From assembly GCF_003018255.1 (NCBI RefSeq), contig NZ_CP027440.1: 64,000 nucleotides of DNA; one strand, 5' to 3'. The notes below the pieces were generated by a model, which made no database searches, had not been told where the DNA came from, and worked only from the letters and a program-made list of their open reading frames with translations. Of the stretch, positions 7,295-17,027 are shown piece by piece; within the stretch, counting starts at the first letter, position 1, and each line of letters opens with the position of its first letter. This DNA comes from Escherichia coli. GTDB lineage: Bacteria; Pseudomonadota; Gammaproteobacteria; Enterobacterales; Enterobacteriaceae. The translations under genes and the position numbers were made by a program.

Positions 7295-8884
7295 CTATTC
7301 GCGCAGCAACTTCAGCCACGGATTATTCACCGGCACTTTCTCCCCCAACACCTGCTTCGGATCTTCCATCAGAAACCCTTTCAACTGACTACTTTTCTTT
7401 TGTGGAACCCGAACCTCGCAGATCCAGATAAAACTGTCATCATTACAGCGCAGGGCCAGCCCTGACTCCTGAAACATTCGTTGCGCCAGTTTCCAGCCGT
7501 CGCCGCTATCGCCTGTGGTTTCTGCTGCGTATGTTTTAAAGATCCCCGGCGAAATCAAGAAAAGATGGTTTTCCACCACATGTACCTTGCCGTTCCGGGT
7601 ATTCACCGTGGCTGAAGGACTAGTGTGGTTCTTCAGCCACTGCAGGAAATTGTTATTGTCACCAAGCCTCGGATCGTCTGCTATCTCCGGTAACGGTTGA
7701 GTCGGTGCGCTAAGTTCAGGAGCGGGTTCGGCTTCAATTACCGGCGTTACATCACCATCGAAACAGGCCGGACGTTGATCATCCTGCCCCCAGATTACAG
7801 ACGGCGTCAGGCGCAGTAGCGTCAGCGGTTCAACGGGCGACCAGCCTTTATCCGATCGGATAATGCAGCGCCAAATCGCTTTATCTTCGTTGGCAACAAT
7901 AAGCTGATGCGTCAGCAGTTCGTCAAACAGGCGGTTATTGTTTTCCGGCACGCTGGAAACTCCATGCTGGAGCAGCCAGGCGCGAACCCGGTCGGCGGTG
8001 GTTTTGCTGATAAGCCACAGCGCATCCTCCGTCAGCCAGCCATCGGATCCGCATTCGGGATTATTGAGCCGGTACTCGTTCTGTACCAGCGACCGCAAGG
8101 CTGTAAGAAGTTGCTGGGGGAAGGAAGAGGGCTTTTGCGCCAGCGCGGTTTTGATATCGCCGCCGAGGTATCGGGCGACAGAGGCTTTATCGGCCTGCTG
8201 CACCAGTTCAGCCAGTGCGCCAGACCGTTCGTAGTGTCCGGTGAGCTGGTAAATCAGGGACGCAAAAGCCGCCGGGTATCCGGCCAGCCAGTCCAGTAAT
8301 GGCGAGGGTATCAACTGATTAATCAGCATTGCGGTAGCCGCCGGATGCAGATGATAGTCGCGACCGTGGCTCTGGTACTGCCAGCGATAAGGCTGTGCCA
8401 GATAACCCTGCCACGAATGCCAGCGGGTGCCATCACGTTGATGAATCTCCATATCCACGGCGATTTTTCCCGTATCGTGCAGTAATGCCACGCAGACCAC
8501 TGCGACCGTCCATGCGCTGGCCTGCCGGGCCTGTTCTTCCGCGCCCGCTTCCGGTGGTAGCAGATAACCCTGGCGCAGTCGGATGGCGTTGCAGGCAACC
8601 TCCAGCGAATGATCCAGCAACCCGCCGGGAGTGGAATGGTGATGACTTTGTGAGGCGGGAAGCAGTTGTACCAACGCGGCGAAGCGATGAATCGCCGCGA
8701 GGATCCAGCTATCAAACAGGGTATCCGGCAGCGGGGTCAGTTGCCGTAACTGGTGCAAACAGGACTGGCGTAACGGCGTCGCCAGCAATTGTTCTGCGGA
8801 TTGTGGCGCAAACCAGCCCTCCGGCAGCGTAGCGTCTGGCGTAGGTGGCTGGCTCTGGGATGGTCTTTTTAGCCACTTCAGCAT
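7295..8884 (-). CDS. ICE relaxase, MobH/TraI family with HD domain
   Basis: 529 aa. HHHSTPGGLLDHSLEV and LLHDTGK (HD-domain metal ligands). Its position and size match PFGI-1-class relaxases. Confidence 0.8.
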   Translation of the reverse strand: MLKWLKRPSQSQPPTPDATLPEGWFAPQSAEQLLATPLRQSCLHQLRQLTPLPDTLFDSWILAAIHRFAALVQLLPASQSHHHSTPGGLLDHSLEVACNAIRLRQGYLLPPEAGAEEQARQASAWTVAVVCVALLHDTGKIAVDMEIHQRDGTRWHSWQGYLAQPYRWQYQSHGRDYHLHPAATAMLINQLIPSPLLDWLAGYPAAFASLIYQLTGHYERSGALAELVQQADKASVARYLGGDIKTALAQKPSSFPQQLLTALRSLVQNEYRLNNPECGSDGWLTEDALWLISKTTADRVRAWLLQHGVSSVPENNNRLFDELLTHQLIVANEDKAIWRCIIRSDKGWSPVEPLTLLRLTPSVIWGQDDQRPACFDGDVTPVIEAEPAPELSAPTQPLPEIADDPRLGDNNNFLQWLKNHTSPSATVNTRNGKVHVVENHLFLISPGIFKTYAAETTGDSGDGWKLAQRMFQESGLALRCNDDSFIWICEVRVPQKKSSQLKGFLMEDPKQVLGEKVPVNNPWLKLLRE

Positions 8885-9027
8885 ATTTCCCCTTTCCGGG
8901 CAGGCCCCTTTGCCCTTGTCGCCCTTCCTTTGCAGTGTCTCCCTTTGGGCCTTTTACATTTTTATTAGTAAAAACGGTATGCTCTCATGTGTATATCTGG
9001 CGCTGTATTTCTGGCCGACGAGGCAAA

Positions 9028-9050
9028 GTGACCGACGTTTTGTCGGCCAC
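9028..9050 (-). terminator. Hairpin downstream of the 9058-9430 gene
   Basis: GTGACCGAC/GTCGGCCAC 9-bp stem (one wobble pair), 5-nt loop and a weak U tract on the minus strand. Confidence 0.35.
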
Positions 9051-9057
9051 TTTAATA

Positions 9058-9430
9058 CTACCACCAGGCATAAAACATCAGCCTGTCTCGCTCAAAATCA
9101 AACGTCTCCAGCGTCTCCTTCACCCAGAGAGTGACGGTGCGAACGTCTTTCCAGTAGTGTTCTCCATAATCGGTATAACCATAGAAAAAGCCGTCAATCG
9201 TCGGATAAACCGCGCCGCAGTTATCCGGCGTCAGGCTCTGCAGGTCGCTCAGAAGCGCCTGCAAATTTGCTTTGGTGACTTCTAACAGCACTTGGTTGCG
9301 CACCAGCCCAACGTGTTTATCCACCCATTTAAGCAGCGGATTCACCTTGCGGAAATAACCCACTCTGGCGTACTGGCTTTCATCGGGCGCGTTTTTTTTT
9401 CCGTTCGAAAAAGAAGAGATCGAGTCCCAT
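9058..9430 (-). pseudogene. Hypothetical ICE gene split by a homopolymer (A9 on the coding strand)
   Basis: ATG at 9430 with GAGGA SD gives MGLDLFFFERKKKRAR*. Removing one A from the run at 9392-9400 joins it in frame to ORF 9058-9363 (..ERKKNAPDESQYARVGYFRKVNPLLKW..). Confidence 0.55.
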
Positions 9431-9495
9431 ACATTGATCCTCAGAAAAAGGGGAGCAACTTCCCGGCGGGGAAGGCTCCCCGTGCGGGTGGGCTG

Positions 9496-10401
9496 TCAGG
9501 CGCTAAGCTGACAGGGTTGTGGTACAGCGTTGAGCAGCCATTCACTGGCGTGGCGCGCCATACCGCTGGCGCGGATCACCGCCCGCTTGTCCTGGCGCAG
9601 GATATCCAGCCAGTAGCCGATATAGCTGGCGTGCTGGAGCCTGCCCTGAATGCCGCAATGGGCGCACAGGAAGGCGCTACCCATCTCCTCCACTAACTCT
9701 TCAGCAGCGTAGAGTGCTTCGGTGCGTTCCGCTCCGGCAATACCGGGGCGGTTAAGGCGTGAAGCGTGTCCGGTAGCGTGCGTCAGTTCATGCAGCAGCG
9801 TGGCGTAGTACGCCTCGCTGCTTTCAAACTGTTGCGGGTGCGGCATCATCACCAGATCGGTCGCGGGTTTGTAATACGCTTTCGACTGGCGGCGATGGCG
9901 CAGCGTCACACCGCTATTCATCGTAATGGCTTCAGCCATCTCCACAGGCGTTGCGGGCCGGGTAAACGGCTCGGACAGCGCCTGCGGCAGGCCGTCGCAC
10001 TGCGACAGGTTAAACAGCCAAAATTCACGAATAATCCCGAAATGCCGCACCTTCGGCTCGCCGTCTTTATCCAGCAACGGCTGGCCGAGTGCGTCGGTCT
10101 CTTCCTGCGTGCGCGGCAGATACAACACCGCCAGAGAGGATTTCTCCCCCCGGCGCACCTGCCCGCCGAGCGCGCTGACCTGATGGAACGTCAGCCAGCG
10201 GTCGCTGGCGAAGCTCTGCCTGTCGGCGCTGTTCCACAGCAGCGGTACATTGATGCCGTGATACGGACGACCGGATAACGCATTGATCGGGAACGGCGGC
10301 TCGCCATCGCGCCACGGGCGGAGCCACGGCACATTGCCGTTTTCCAGCTCAGCGATAATCTGGTCGGTGACTTTCTGGTAGATATCGTTGCTTCTGTCCA
10401 T
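9496..10401 (-). CDS. ardC: ArdC-like antirestriction protein (ssDNA-binding N-domain plus zincin-like metalloprotease)
   Basis: MDRSNDIYQKVTDQIIAELENGNVPWLRPW..GRPYHGINVPLL and LLHELTHATGH (HExxH). The ATG at 10401 has a GAGGA SD. Confidence 0.85.
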   Translation of the reverse strand: MDRSNDIYQKVTDQIIAELENGNVPWLRPWRDGEPPFPINALSGRPYHGINVPLLWNSADRQSFASDRWLTFHQVSALGGQVRRGEKSSLAVLYLPRTQEETDALGQPLLDKDGEPKVRHFGIIREFWLFNLSQCDGLPQALSEPFTRPATPVEMAEAITMNSGVTLRHRRQSKAYYKPATDLVMMPHPQQFESSEAYYATLLHELTHATGHASRLNRPGIAGAERTEALYAAEELVEEMGSAFLCAHCGIQGRLQHASYIGYWLDILRQDKRAVIRASGMARHASEWLLNAVPQPCQLSA

Positions 10402-10466
10402 CGTGTGGTCCTCATGGAAAGAAGCCGGAGCCTCCTCCATCCGGAAGCGACTCCGGCGGGGAGAGG

Positions 10467-10757
10467 TTATGCCTGTTCAGCCATCGAGACCTGCACATAG
10501 TGGCCGTGATAGTTGAGCGATAGCGGTAATGCGACAGGGACTTTCATATCGCCCTGCGGCGGCTGGCAGTAGATCGTAAAGGTGACTTTCTTGCGGGATG
10601 TCCCGGCGGTGCGCAGGGTCAGCAGTACGACGAGCAACAGATTGCCCAGCCGTTCTTCCACCTGCTGCGGGTCGGCGGGAAATTCCACTGCGGATTGCCA
10701 GACATCAGGGGCGATAACCACCGGCATTAACGACGGTTTTTTATCGAAAAGCGACAT
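10467..10757 (-). CDS. Hypothetical ICE protein (96 aa)
   Basis: ATG at 10757 preceded by an AGGAG SD. No recognised motif. Confidence 0.5.
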   Translation of the reverse strand: MSLFDKKPSLMPVVIAPDVWQSAVEFPADPQQVEERLGNLLLVVLLTLRTAGTSRKKVTFTIYCQPPQGDMKVPVALPLSLNYHGHYVQVSMAEQA

Positions 10758-11048
10758 GGTGTTTCTCCTGTAAATGAGCAGGGAACACCCTTCGCAGGGC
10801 GTTTCCCTGCGGGATGGAATGGTACGGGTATCCTGCGCATCTGCGCCGTTCGCACCTTCCGGATACATGGCGAACTTACTGCATGGCTGGCGGTAGTGTT
10901 TTCTGCGCGGGTGATAAAAGGGAGGGGAAAATCATTACTGGGGCTGAAGAGTTTTGTCGTTCCTGAAATGTGAACACAGGTAGATTGATGCGCACGCATC
11001 GCTCAAAAAACGATCTTTTTCAGGCGGATACTGAAATCAGAAAAGCAT

Positions 11049-11291
11049 ATGACCTTGAACAGTAAACACAATGACTGGAGGGATATGCTAATGAACCGAC
11101 AAGATATAAACGCATTAAAGAATTTTGATTTTCTGGCGCGCAGTTTTGCCCGTATGCACGCCCTGGGCCAGCCAGTTGATATCGATGCCGTTACCGGCAA
11201 TATGAGTGATGAACAGCAAGCATGGTTCCGGGAGCGATACGACCACTACCGAAAGCAGGCTGAGCGGGCGAGAGTGATAGAACTGCGGTGA
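11049..11291 (+). CDS. Hypothetical protein (start possibly 11091)
   Basis: 80-aa ORF. A GGAGGG SD favours an internal ATG. Followed by a clear terminator. Confidence 0.45.
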   Translation: MTLNSKHNDWRDMLMNRQDINALKNFDFLARSFARMHALGQPVDIDAVTGNMSDEQQAWFRERYDHYRKQAERARVIELR

Positions 11292-11300
11292 TGTAACGAA

Positions 11301-11330
11301 CAACGGGCTTAACGGCCCGTTGCGTTTTTT
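11301..11330 (+). terminator. Rho-independent terminator
   Basis: CAACGGGC/GCCCGTTG stem with a 6-nt loop, followed by CGTTTTTT. Confidence 0.7.
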
Positions 11331-11373
11331 CAGACTCCAGCTACCTACCACGAGATTGTCACTGACACGACAG

Positions 11374-11392
11374 TTTATGCGGTGCGCATAAA
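11374..11392. repeat. 19-bp palindrome TTTATGCGGTGCGCATAAA, copy 1
   Basis: Identical to 49043-49061. Lies immediately 3' of the minus-strand gene ending at 11436. Confidence 0.6.
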
Positions 11393-11435
11393 CTCAGCTA
11401 CAAGCCCTGTTCATCACACCGTCAGTACGAAATCT

Positions 11436-12938
11436 TCAGGGAATGCGTGTTTTACTGACGATCATCTTCCCGACCTGTTCGCCAGCGCTGCGGATATCGC
11501 CGACCGCGCTGCCCATCCCCCCAGCGACTGCTGCGCCGATCCTGATGCCCGCCCACGTCAGCGCCCCCAGCCAGAATGCGGGTAACACCAGGAACATCAC
11601 GCCCATAATGATATTTACAATCAGATCGTCGGAGGTGTTTTGCAGGCCCCAGAGGTTGAAGTATGAGTGGGTATCGCTGTCGTACATCATCTGCATCAGC
11701 CAGTTATCCAGCCAGCGGGCCAGTTCCCACCAGAAGGTGAGAAAGAACAGGGCGAACTGCACAAAGCTCAGCGTGATGACCGTTTTAAGATCCCATGCCG
11801 AGAACAGCAGAATTACTGGAATACAAATCACCAGCGCCATTTCGAGGAACGCCTGCACCATCGGCAGCGCCTGGCGGACGTTATCAAACGCCGGAAACAG
11901 GGCGTAGCTCGAAAGCCCCGCGCCGATGATCCCGCCCACACGACTCAGCAACTGCGTCTGGCTGAGGTTATCCCCCGCACTCCCACCAAACCCGTTGTAC
12001 ACCAGTCCGCCCTGCGATACCTGCATATTGCGCGGGCTGACCAGCGAGCGCAGTACCGCTTCTTCATACTCCTCTTTAGACTGTCCCAGTTTTTGCAGTT
12101 GCTGCCAGAGCGTGGTATCGACCTGCTTCAGCAGGCGGTTTTTCAGCCCCGTATCGCCATCGGACCACCACTCCTTACACGCAGGATAGCCACCGCCACC
12201 CGTATCGCTCAGACCGTCGTCGCGGCTGGCGTCATAAGGCCAGGCGGCGCGGGGCGAACGGGAGTGATCGCGGTCGTAATAGCCTAGCGTGGCGAGGTAA
12301 AAAGACGATCCCACCCAGTCCACTTCCCGGCTTTGCTCCTCGCTAATATCGCTACTCAGCCGCTTGAGCCTTGCCCGCGACGGCCCGTAGCAGTCGTTAA
12401 CGAAATCCTGTAGCTCCTGCGCCAGTGCCGGATCGGCGAGCCGGGTGTGCTGCACCTCAAAGCGCAACTGGCGCAGGTCCGGCTTGCAGGGCAATACGGC
12501 GACGGCGGCGCTGGTGATGCCTTTGCCCAGTGCATGCGTGAAGTACCACCACACTGGAACGGAAGCGCTCTGGCCGCTGAGTTCATTAATCAAAGGTGCG
12601 TAGCCGGAATCGCCGGGCTGTACCACCGACCAGCCGCACTGCTTTGTGCGCTGGCTGTCGTAGGTGAGGGTGTTGATATCGACATTGAGGAACGGCACAC
12701 CCGCGAAGAAGATCACCAGCAGTGCGCTGTAGAGCGAGTGCTCCACCCAGACGACCAGCAGGCGGGCGACGTTGCCTTCATCGGCCCCCTGGCCGCGCGC
12801 TTTCAGCCACAGGGCAACCAGTTTTGCCAGCAGGGGCACGGCGAACAGCCCGGTGGCGGTCAGCGTCTGCCACACGCCGTTATTCACCAGCCAGCCGAGC
12901 AGGGTGAGCACGTACTCGAAATAGCTGTTGGCGGTCAT
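11436..12938 (-). CDS. Conjugal transfer protein, TraG N-terminal-domain family (polytopic membrane)
   Basis: 500 aa with multiple hydrophobic spans. Size and position after the TraU-like/PFL_4711-like genes are as in PFGI-1-type ICEs. Confidence 0.7.
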   Translation of the reverse strand: MTANSYFEYVLTLLGWLVNNGVWQTLTATGLFAVPLLAKLVALWLKARGQGADEGNVARLLVVWVEHSLYSALLVIFFAGVPFLNVDINTLTYDSQRTKQCGWSVVQPGDSGYAPLINELSGQSASVPVWWYFTHALGKGITSAAVAVLPCKPDLRQLRFEVQHTRLADPALAQELQDFVNDCYGPSRARLKRLSSDISEEQSREVDWVGSSFYLATLGYYDRDHSRSPRAAWPYDASRDDGLSDTGGGGYPACKEWWSDGDTGLKNRLLKQVDTTLWQQLQKLGQSKEEYEEAVLRSLVSPRNMQVSQGGLVYNGFGGSAGDNLSQTQLLSRVGGIIGAGLSSYALFPAFDNVRQALPMVQAFLEMALVICIPVILLFSAWDLKTVITLSFVQFALFFLTFWWELARWLDNWLMQMMYDSDTHSYFNLWGLQNTSDDLIVNIIMGVMFLVLPAFWLGALTWAGIRIGAAVAGGMGSAVGDIRSAGEQVGKMIVSKTRIP

Positions 12939-14296
12939 CGCGGGCTGTCCGGCTGCGGGTTATTGAGGTTGTGCAGACGGCTGTCGCTGTCGTCCGGCAC
13001 CTCCACCACCTGTCCCTGAAGCTGGTCGCGCTGCTGTTTGCGTTGCAGGATCTGGCTGGCGGTATTGCGCGTCAGTGCCTGGCGGAAATCGAGTTCCAGC
13101 TTCAACTGGTTCAGCTCTTCATCCAGTTGGGCGGTGGTTTTGCCCAGGCTCTCCTGCGCCTCTTTGACGTTGGCGATATTGGGTTCACGCATACCTGCGA
13201 GCAGCGTACGCCGGGCCAGCAACGCCTGCTCGGTGACGCGGGCCAGCGCCAGTTCTCCCGCCAGCCGTTCGGTGAGGACGGCAACGTCCGGATCGTCGCG
13301 CAGCGCCTCGACCACGCCGCGGGTCAGTTGCATAGAACCGCCGGAAGCTTTCGCCAAATTGTCGAAGCCGGGTTTCTGACTGCCATTAACCAGATCTGTC
13401 AGGAGGGGCAGGATCTTCGCCTTTTCTTCGTCGATCAGCGGATGCAGGCCGATCCCCGCCTGCGCGCCGGAACGCGCATCCGGATCGTCGGTGACCTGCG
13501 CCACGCTGATGGTCTGCTCGCCAACGACGCGGGTCATCCACCCGGCGGCCTCTTCAGGGGATGTCCAGGTGCTACAAAGTTCCCCGTCGCATTCAGAGGA
13601 GCTAAGAGAAGTAGTGCTGGTGGCAGGCTGCTGGTTGAGGATATTCCATCCTGCGGCGGTGGCGTCATGGACTACCTTAATCGGCAGCTGGCCTTTGCCG
13701 CCGCGCTTTTCACCGCCCACCCAGCGTTTACCCTTTTCGGCGGCCTCTTTTGCCGCTTTCTGGTCGGTGCGGATGGCATCGTTATCGCTGGCGGCGAGGG
13801 ACTGGTAGTTCTCCGCTTTGGCTCCGGAAAACCAGGCGGAATCGGCCGCCAAATCGGTCATCTTCTCCGCCATTTTCTGGCAGTTCAGCAGAGACTTATC
13901 AAAATCCAGCCGCCCCTGCAGCACGCCGTTGGTCAGCAGATCATAAAGCTGCGGATTGGCGCGCTGGATAATCATCGCGGGCAGGCTGGCGACCGCCCCG
14001 GTGGCACTCTGGATAACGTTGCCCATCAGTTGCTGGAAGCCGTCGGTGATGCCGTTGAGCTGGTTGCGCACGGTGGTGTCGATGTCGAAATTGCCGCACA
14101 TCATATCGGCGTTCCAGCCAAGACCTAAGCTAAGCGGCGAGGGGCTACGGCGTACCGGAGGCGGCATGACCGCTTCACCGCCGCCAATCTGGTAGTAAAG
14201 CAGGTCGTCAACCGCGCCTCGCGTGCGGAAACTGTAGTCGTCTGCCGCCACGCAAACCCCGGCGAAAAACAATAAGACCAGGAAAAGGGCTCTCAT
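12935..14296 (-). CDS. ICE mating-pair protein (PFL_4711/TIGR03755-like), secreted
   Basis: Preferred start MRALFLVLLFFAGVCVA (signal peptide) at 14296 with a GGAGG SD. ATGA-type coupling to the next gene. Confidence 0.6.
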   Translation of the reverse strand: MRALFLVLLFFAGVCVAADDYSFRTRGAVDDLLYYQIGGGEAVMPPPVRRSPSPLSLGLGWNADMMCGNFDIDTTVRNQLNGITDGFQQLMGNVIQSATGAVASLPAMIIQRANPQLYDLLTNGVLQGRLDFDKSLLNCQKMAEKMTDLAADSAWFSGAKAENYQSLAASDNDAIRTDQKAAKEAAEKGKRWVGGEKRGGKGQLPIKVVHDATAAGWNILNQQPATSTTSLSSSECDGELCSTWTSPEEAAGWMTRVVGEQTISVAQVTDDPDARSGAQAGIGLHPLIDEEKAKILPLLTDLVNGSQKPGFDNLAKASGGSMQLTRGVVEALRDDPDVAVLTERLAGELALARVTEQALLARRTLLAGMREPNIANVKEAQESLGKTTAQLDEELNQLKLELDFRQALTRNTASQILQRKQQRDQLQGQVVEVPDDSDSRLHNLNNPQPDSPR

Positions 14297-14307
14297 CACC
14301 GCCTCCG

Positions 14308-15231
14308 TTAACCCGTACTGCCGAGAAAGGTTTGCCCCCGGCGCGGACAGCATTTATAGGGCCGCCACAGCGTCCAGGCGTACGCGCCATCCTCCGCCAG
14401 TTTGTTGGCGTAGGTGTCAGTGGCACTGCCATCCGGGAACACCGAACAGGCGGCGGATTTTTTCGGCGTGAGCATTTGCCAGCGATGGTTATCGCTGTCG
14501 CCTTCGATAACCGGGGAGGGCGGCCAGTACCCGGCGCGCGATGAGGCGGTCAGCGGCGTGTAGAGATGCGGTTGCCCGGTACGGGTCACCAGATCGGCCG
14601 CGCGCTGGGCGATAACGGCGGCGGCTTTATAGTCGTGCGTCTGGTTGATGGCTCCGGCTCGCGGGTAGATATTGCCCCACATATCGCCGTTCTGACCGAC
14701 TTCCCGCATGCCCGGCGTCAGCGCCTCCGGGTATGTCATTTCCGGCACACCGCTGCGCCACGCCAGCGTATCGGGTTGACTCAGAAAGTACGGTTGAAAA
14801 GGCTGCGATGAAGGTGAGCAGATATAGCCAAACTGGGTGAAAAATTTTGCCAGTTCATCACCCGCCGGGAAGCCGATGGCATCGGCATTCTTAAAGCGGA
14901 CCTTGCTGTGCTGGCTGGCAGAACGAGGATTCGTATCGCCGCCGCCTTCGGCAACACCGGGCAACGGTGGGCTGAGTAACGACATCTCCGCCCACGGATT
15001 CTGCCCGGTGTTGCTGTAAGCCGACACCACCAGATCCGGGCGGAAATGGCTGACCTTCACCGACGTGCGTACCGTACAGCCGAACGGCGTGCAGTACAGC
15101 CAGTAGCACAGGCCGACCACCCGGTATTTCACACAGTCCGGCGTAAGCGCAGAGGCTGCGATCTCCGGCGTAGTAATCGCCCTGAGGGGGAAAGCAGCGC
15201 ACAGCAGCAGAAGGATGTATTGGGCTCGCAT
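14308..15231 (-). CDS. TraU-like ICE protein (PFL_4710/TIGR03756-like)
   Basis: 307 aa. Signal peptide MRAQYILLLLCAAFPLRA and the Cys-rich VVGLCYWLYCTPFGC typical of the TraU family. Confidence 0.7.
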   Translation of the reverse strand: MRAQYILLLLCAAFPLRAITTPEIAASALTPDCVKYRVVGLCYWLYCTPFGCTVRTSVKVSHFRPDLVVSAYSNTGQNPWAEMSLLSPPLPGVAEGGGDTNPRSASQHSKVRFKNADAIGFPAGDELAKFFTQFGYICSPSSQPFQPYFLSQPDTLAWRSGVPEMTYPEALTPGMREVGQNGDMWGNIYPRAGAINQTHDYKAAAVIAQRAADLVTRTGQPHLYTPLTASSRAGYWPPSPVIEGDSDNHRWQMLTPKKSAACSVFPDGSATDTYANKLAEDGAYAWTLWRPYKCCPRRGQTFLGSTG

Positions 15232-15443
15232 CGCGCCTCCGACAGCAGATATTTCTTCTGTCGGGTGTACCGCAATATCTGTTCATCAACGGTATGAAAC
15301 TGGAAGCCGTTACAGAAAATTGTTGAGTTTTACATCATCACCAGACGTTGTTTCTGGTGGTATTCTCTGGTTCAGGCCTGGACTGTGAAGGCAGTTCTGG
15401 CCTGATTTTTTTTCATTTTTTATTTTGATAAGGAGCAAGGCTG

Positions 15444-16034
15444 ATGCCTGAAAAACGAAAGCATCTCACTCGTCATGAAGTGGGACAGATATTGCTTGCA
15501 GCAGACAGAGGGATCCATTTTGAGCGCGATTATTGCCTCATTCAGATGTGTTTTTTACACGGCCTGCGGGTCAGTGAACTGTGCGGGATGCGCCTGTCTG
15601 ATATCGATCTGATCGGGCGCTCGGTGTATGTCCGGCGGTTGAAAAACAGTCTCTCCACGCAGCATCCGCTGTTTGATAATGAACTGCCTGCGCTGATGCG
15701 CTGGCTGGCGGTACGCAACCGCTGGCGGGATGCGGATTCAGACTGGTTGTTCCTGTCGCAGAAGGGTGGTGCGCTGTCGCGCCATCAGGTTAGATTGTTA
15801 CTCAAACGTTACGGAGAACTGGCAGGTGTCAGCATTTCCGCTTATCCGCATATGCTGAGACACGGTTGCGGTTACGCGCTGGCAGATCTGGGGCGCGACA
15901 CCCGTCTGATACAGGATTATCTGGGGCACCGGAACATCCGGCATACGGTGATTTATACGGCGACAAATACGCAGAGGTTTATGAATGTCTGGGGAAACGT
16001 GAGAGAAAACCACACAATTAGTGCCAGAATGTAA
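15444..16034 (+). CDS. FimB/FimE-family tyrosine recombinase
   Basis: 196 aa. GLRVSELCGMRLSDIDL, HMLRHGCGYALA and LGHRNIRHTVIYT give the R..HxxR..H..Y catalytic pattern at the size of fimbrial switch recombinases. Confidence 0.85.
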   Translation: MPEKRKHLTRHEVGQILLAADRGIHFERDYCLIQMCFLHGLRVSELCGMRLSDIDLIGRSVYVRRLKNSLSTQHPLFDNELPALMRWLAVRNRWRDADSDWLFLSQKGGALSRHQVRLLLKRYGELAGVSISAYPHMLRHGCGYALADLGRDTRLIQDYLGHRNIRHTVIYTATNTQRFMNVWGNVRENHTISARM

Positions 16035-16159
16035 AGTAGTATCAGAAAAATTTAGCAAACTGTCAAAATTTTTCTGAGACCCCTTTTGGTAACGGACTAT
16101 CTTGTTGTTTTTAAAATAATATTTAATGTAACAAATATGTAGTCTCTCTCTGGTCCTGG

Positions 16160-16198
16160 CTGGCAACGTGCTTAAGTGGTTCACGTTGCCAGTTTTTA
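16160..16198 (+). terminator. Rho-independent terminator after the recombinase gene
   Basis: CTGGCAACGTG/CACGTTGCCAG 11-bp perfect stem with an 11-nt loop, then TTTTT. Confidence 0.65.
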
Positions 16199-16401
16199 CT
16201 CACTCACCGCATTACGGTTTTATGCCATTTTGAAAGCCATACTTCACTTCCACTGACATTTTATTTTTCACCCCCTTCGTCCACCACATTTTCTCCTGAA
16301 CTCACCACTCTGGCACTAACGGGAAAGTCTTACGCGGGTTTTCTCGTCACCAGAGTGAATCAGGGTTGAGCCCTGAGTGATCTTTCATCAAGGAGAAACG
16401 T

Positions 16402-16914
16402 ATGAAAAAAACGATGTTAAGCGCGTGTTTTTTACTGGTGGCCGGGAATGCGGTCGCCAATGATGGCACCATCCATTTTACCGGCAGTATTACCGACCAG
16501 ACATGCACCGTGGACAGCGGTTCGCAAAACCTGAACGTCGATCTGGGCAATGTAGGGCAAACCGCACTGAACGGTGCGGCCGGGATGAAAGCCTCCCCGA
16601 CGCGCTTCACGCTCAACCTGAGTGGTTGCCCTGATACCGTTACCGGGGCGAACGTGAAGTTTGACGGGACGTCTGATGGCGTAAACCAGAACCTGCTGGC
16701 GCTGGACAGCGGTACCGGGATTGCGACCGGCGTTGGTATCGAAATCGCCGATAAAAATGGTGCAGTCATTCCTCTGCATACGGCCTCAATGGATTACCCC
16801 CTCGCGGCAGGCAGCAATACGCTGGACTTCGTCGCCCGCTATGTTTCCACCGGTACCGCGGTAACCACAGGTACAGCTAACGGTACCTCGCAGTTCACCA
16901 TTAACTACAAATAA
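16402..16914 (+). CDS. Type 1-like major fimbrial subunit
   Basis: 170 aa. Signal peptide, GTIHFTGSITDQTC, and a C-terminal ..TGTANGTSQFTINYK beta-strand motif. AGGAG SD. Confidence 0.9.
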   Translation: MKKTMLSACFLLVAGNAVANDGTIHFTGSITDQTCTVDSGSQNLNVDLGNVGQTALNGAAGMKASPTRFTLNLSGCPDTVTGANVKFDGTSDGVNQNLLALDSGTGIATGVGIEIADKNGAVIPLHTASMDYPLAAGSNTLDFVARYVSTGTAVTTGTANGTSQFTINYK

Positions 16915-17027
16915 CGCTGTGCCGTCGCGGGGTTCACCACCTCTCCCATCCTACCCGACCTGGTGTACCGCCGCATAACAGGGACTGTTTCGCAGGGATG
17001 CGTATTTTTCGTCCGGAGAACAAGAAG

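Noticed and set aside
11443-14128. Long plus-strand ORFs (for example 11667-12287, 12447-13019 and 12971-14128, up to 385 aa) opposite the TraG-N/TIGR03755-like genes, and similar antisense ORFs throughout 30-52 kb.
   Set aside because: They are shadow ORFs of high-GC minus-strand genes. They are Arg/Ala/Gly/Pro-rich with low complexity, have no SD or motifs, and fully overlap genes with clear family signatures.
16035-16401. A fimS-like invertible promoter between the FimB-like recombinase and the fimbrial subunit gene.
   Set aside because: Manual comparison of the two ends found only 7-bp inverted matches (CTCTGGT/ACCAGAG), which is about what chance predicts for segments of this size. The longer inverted repeats present are local hairpins. 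This is kept only as a hypothesis under the fimbrial finding.
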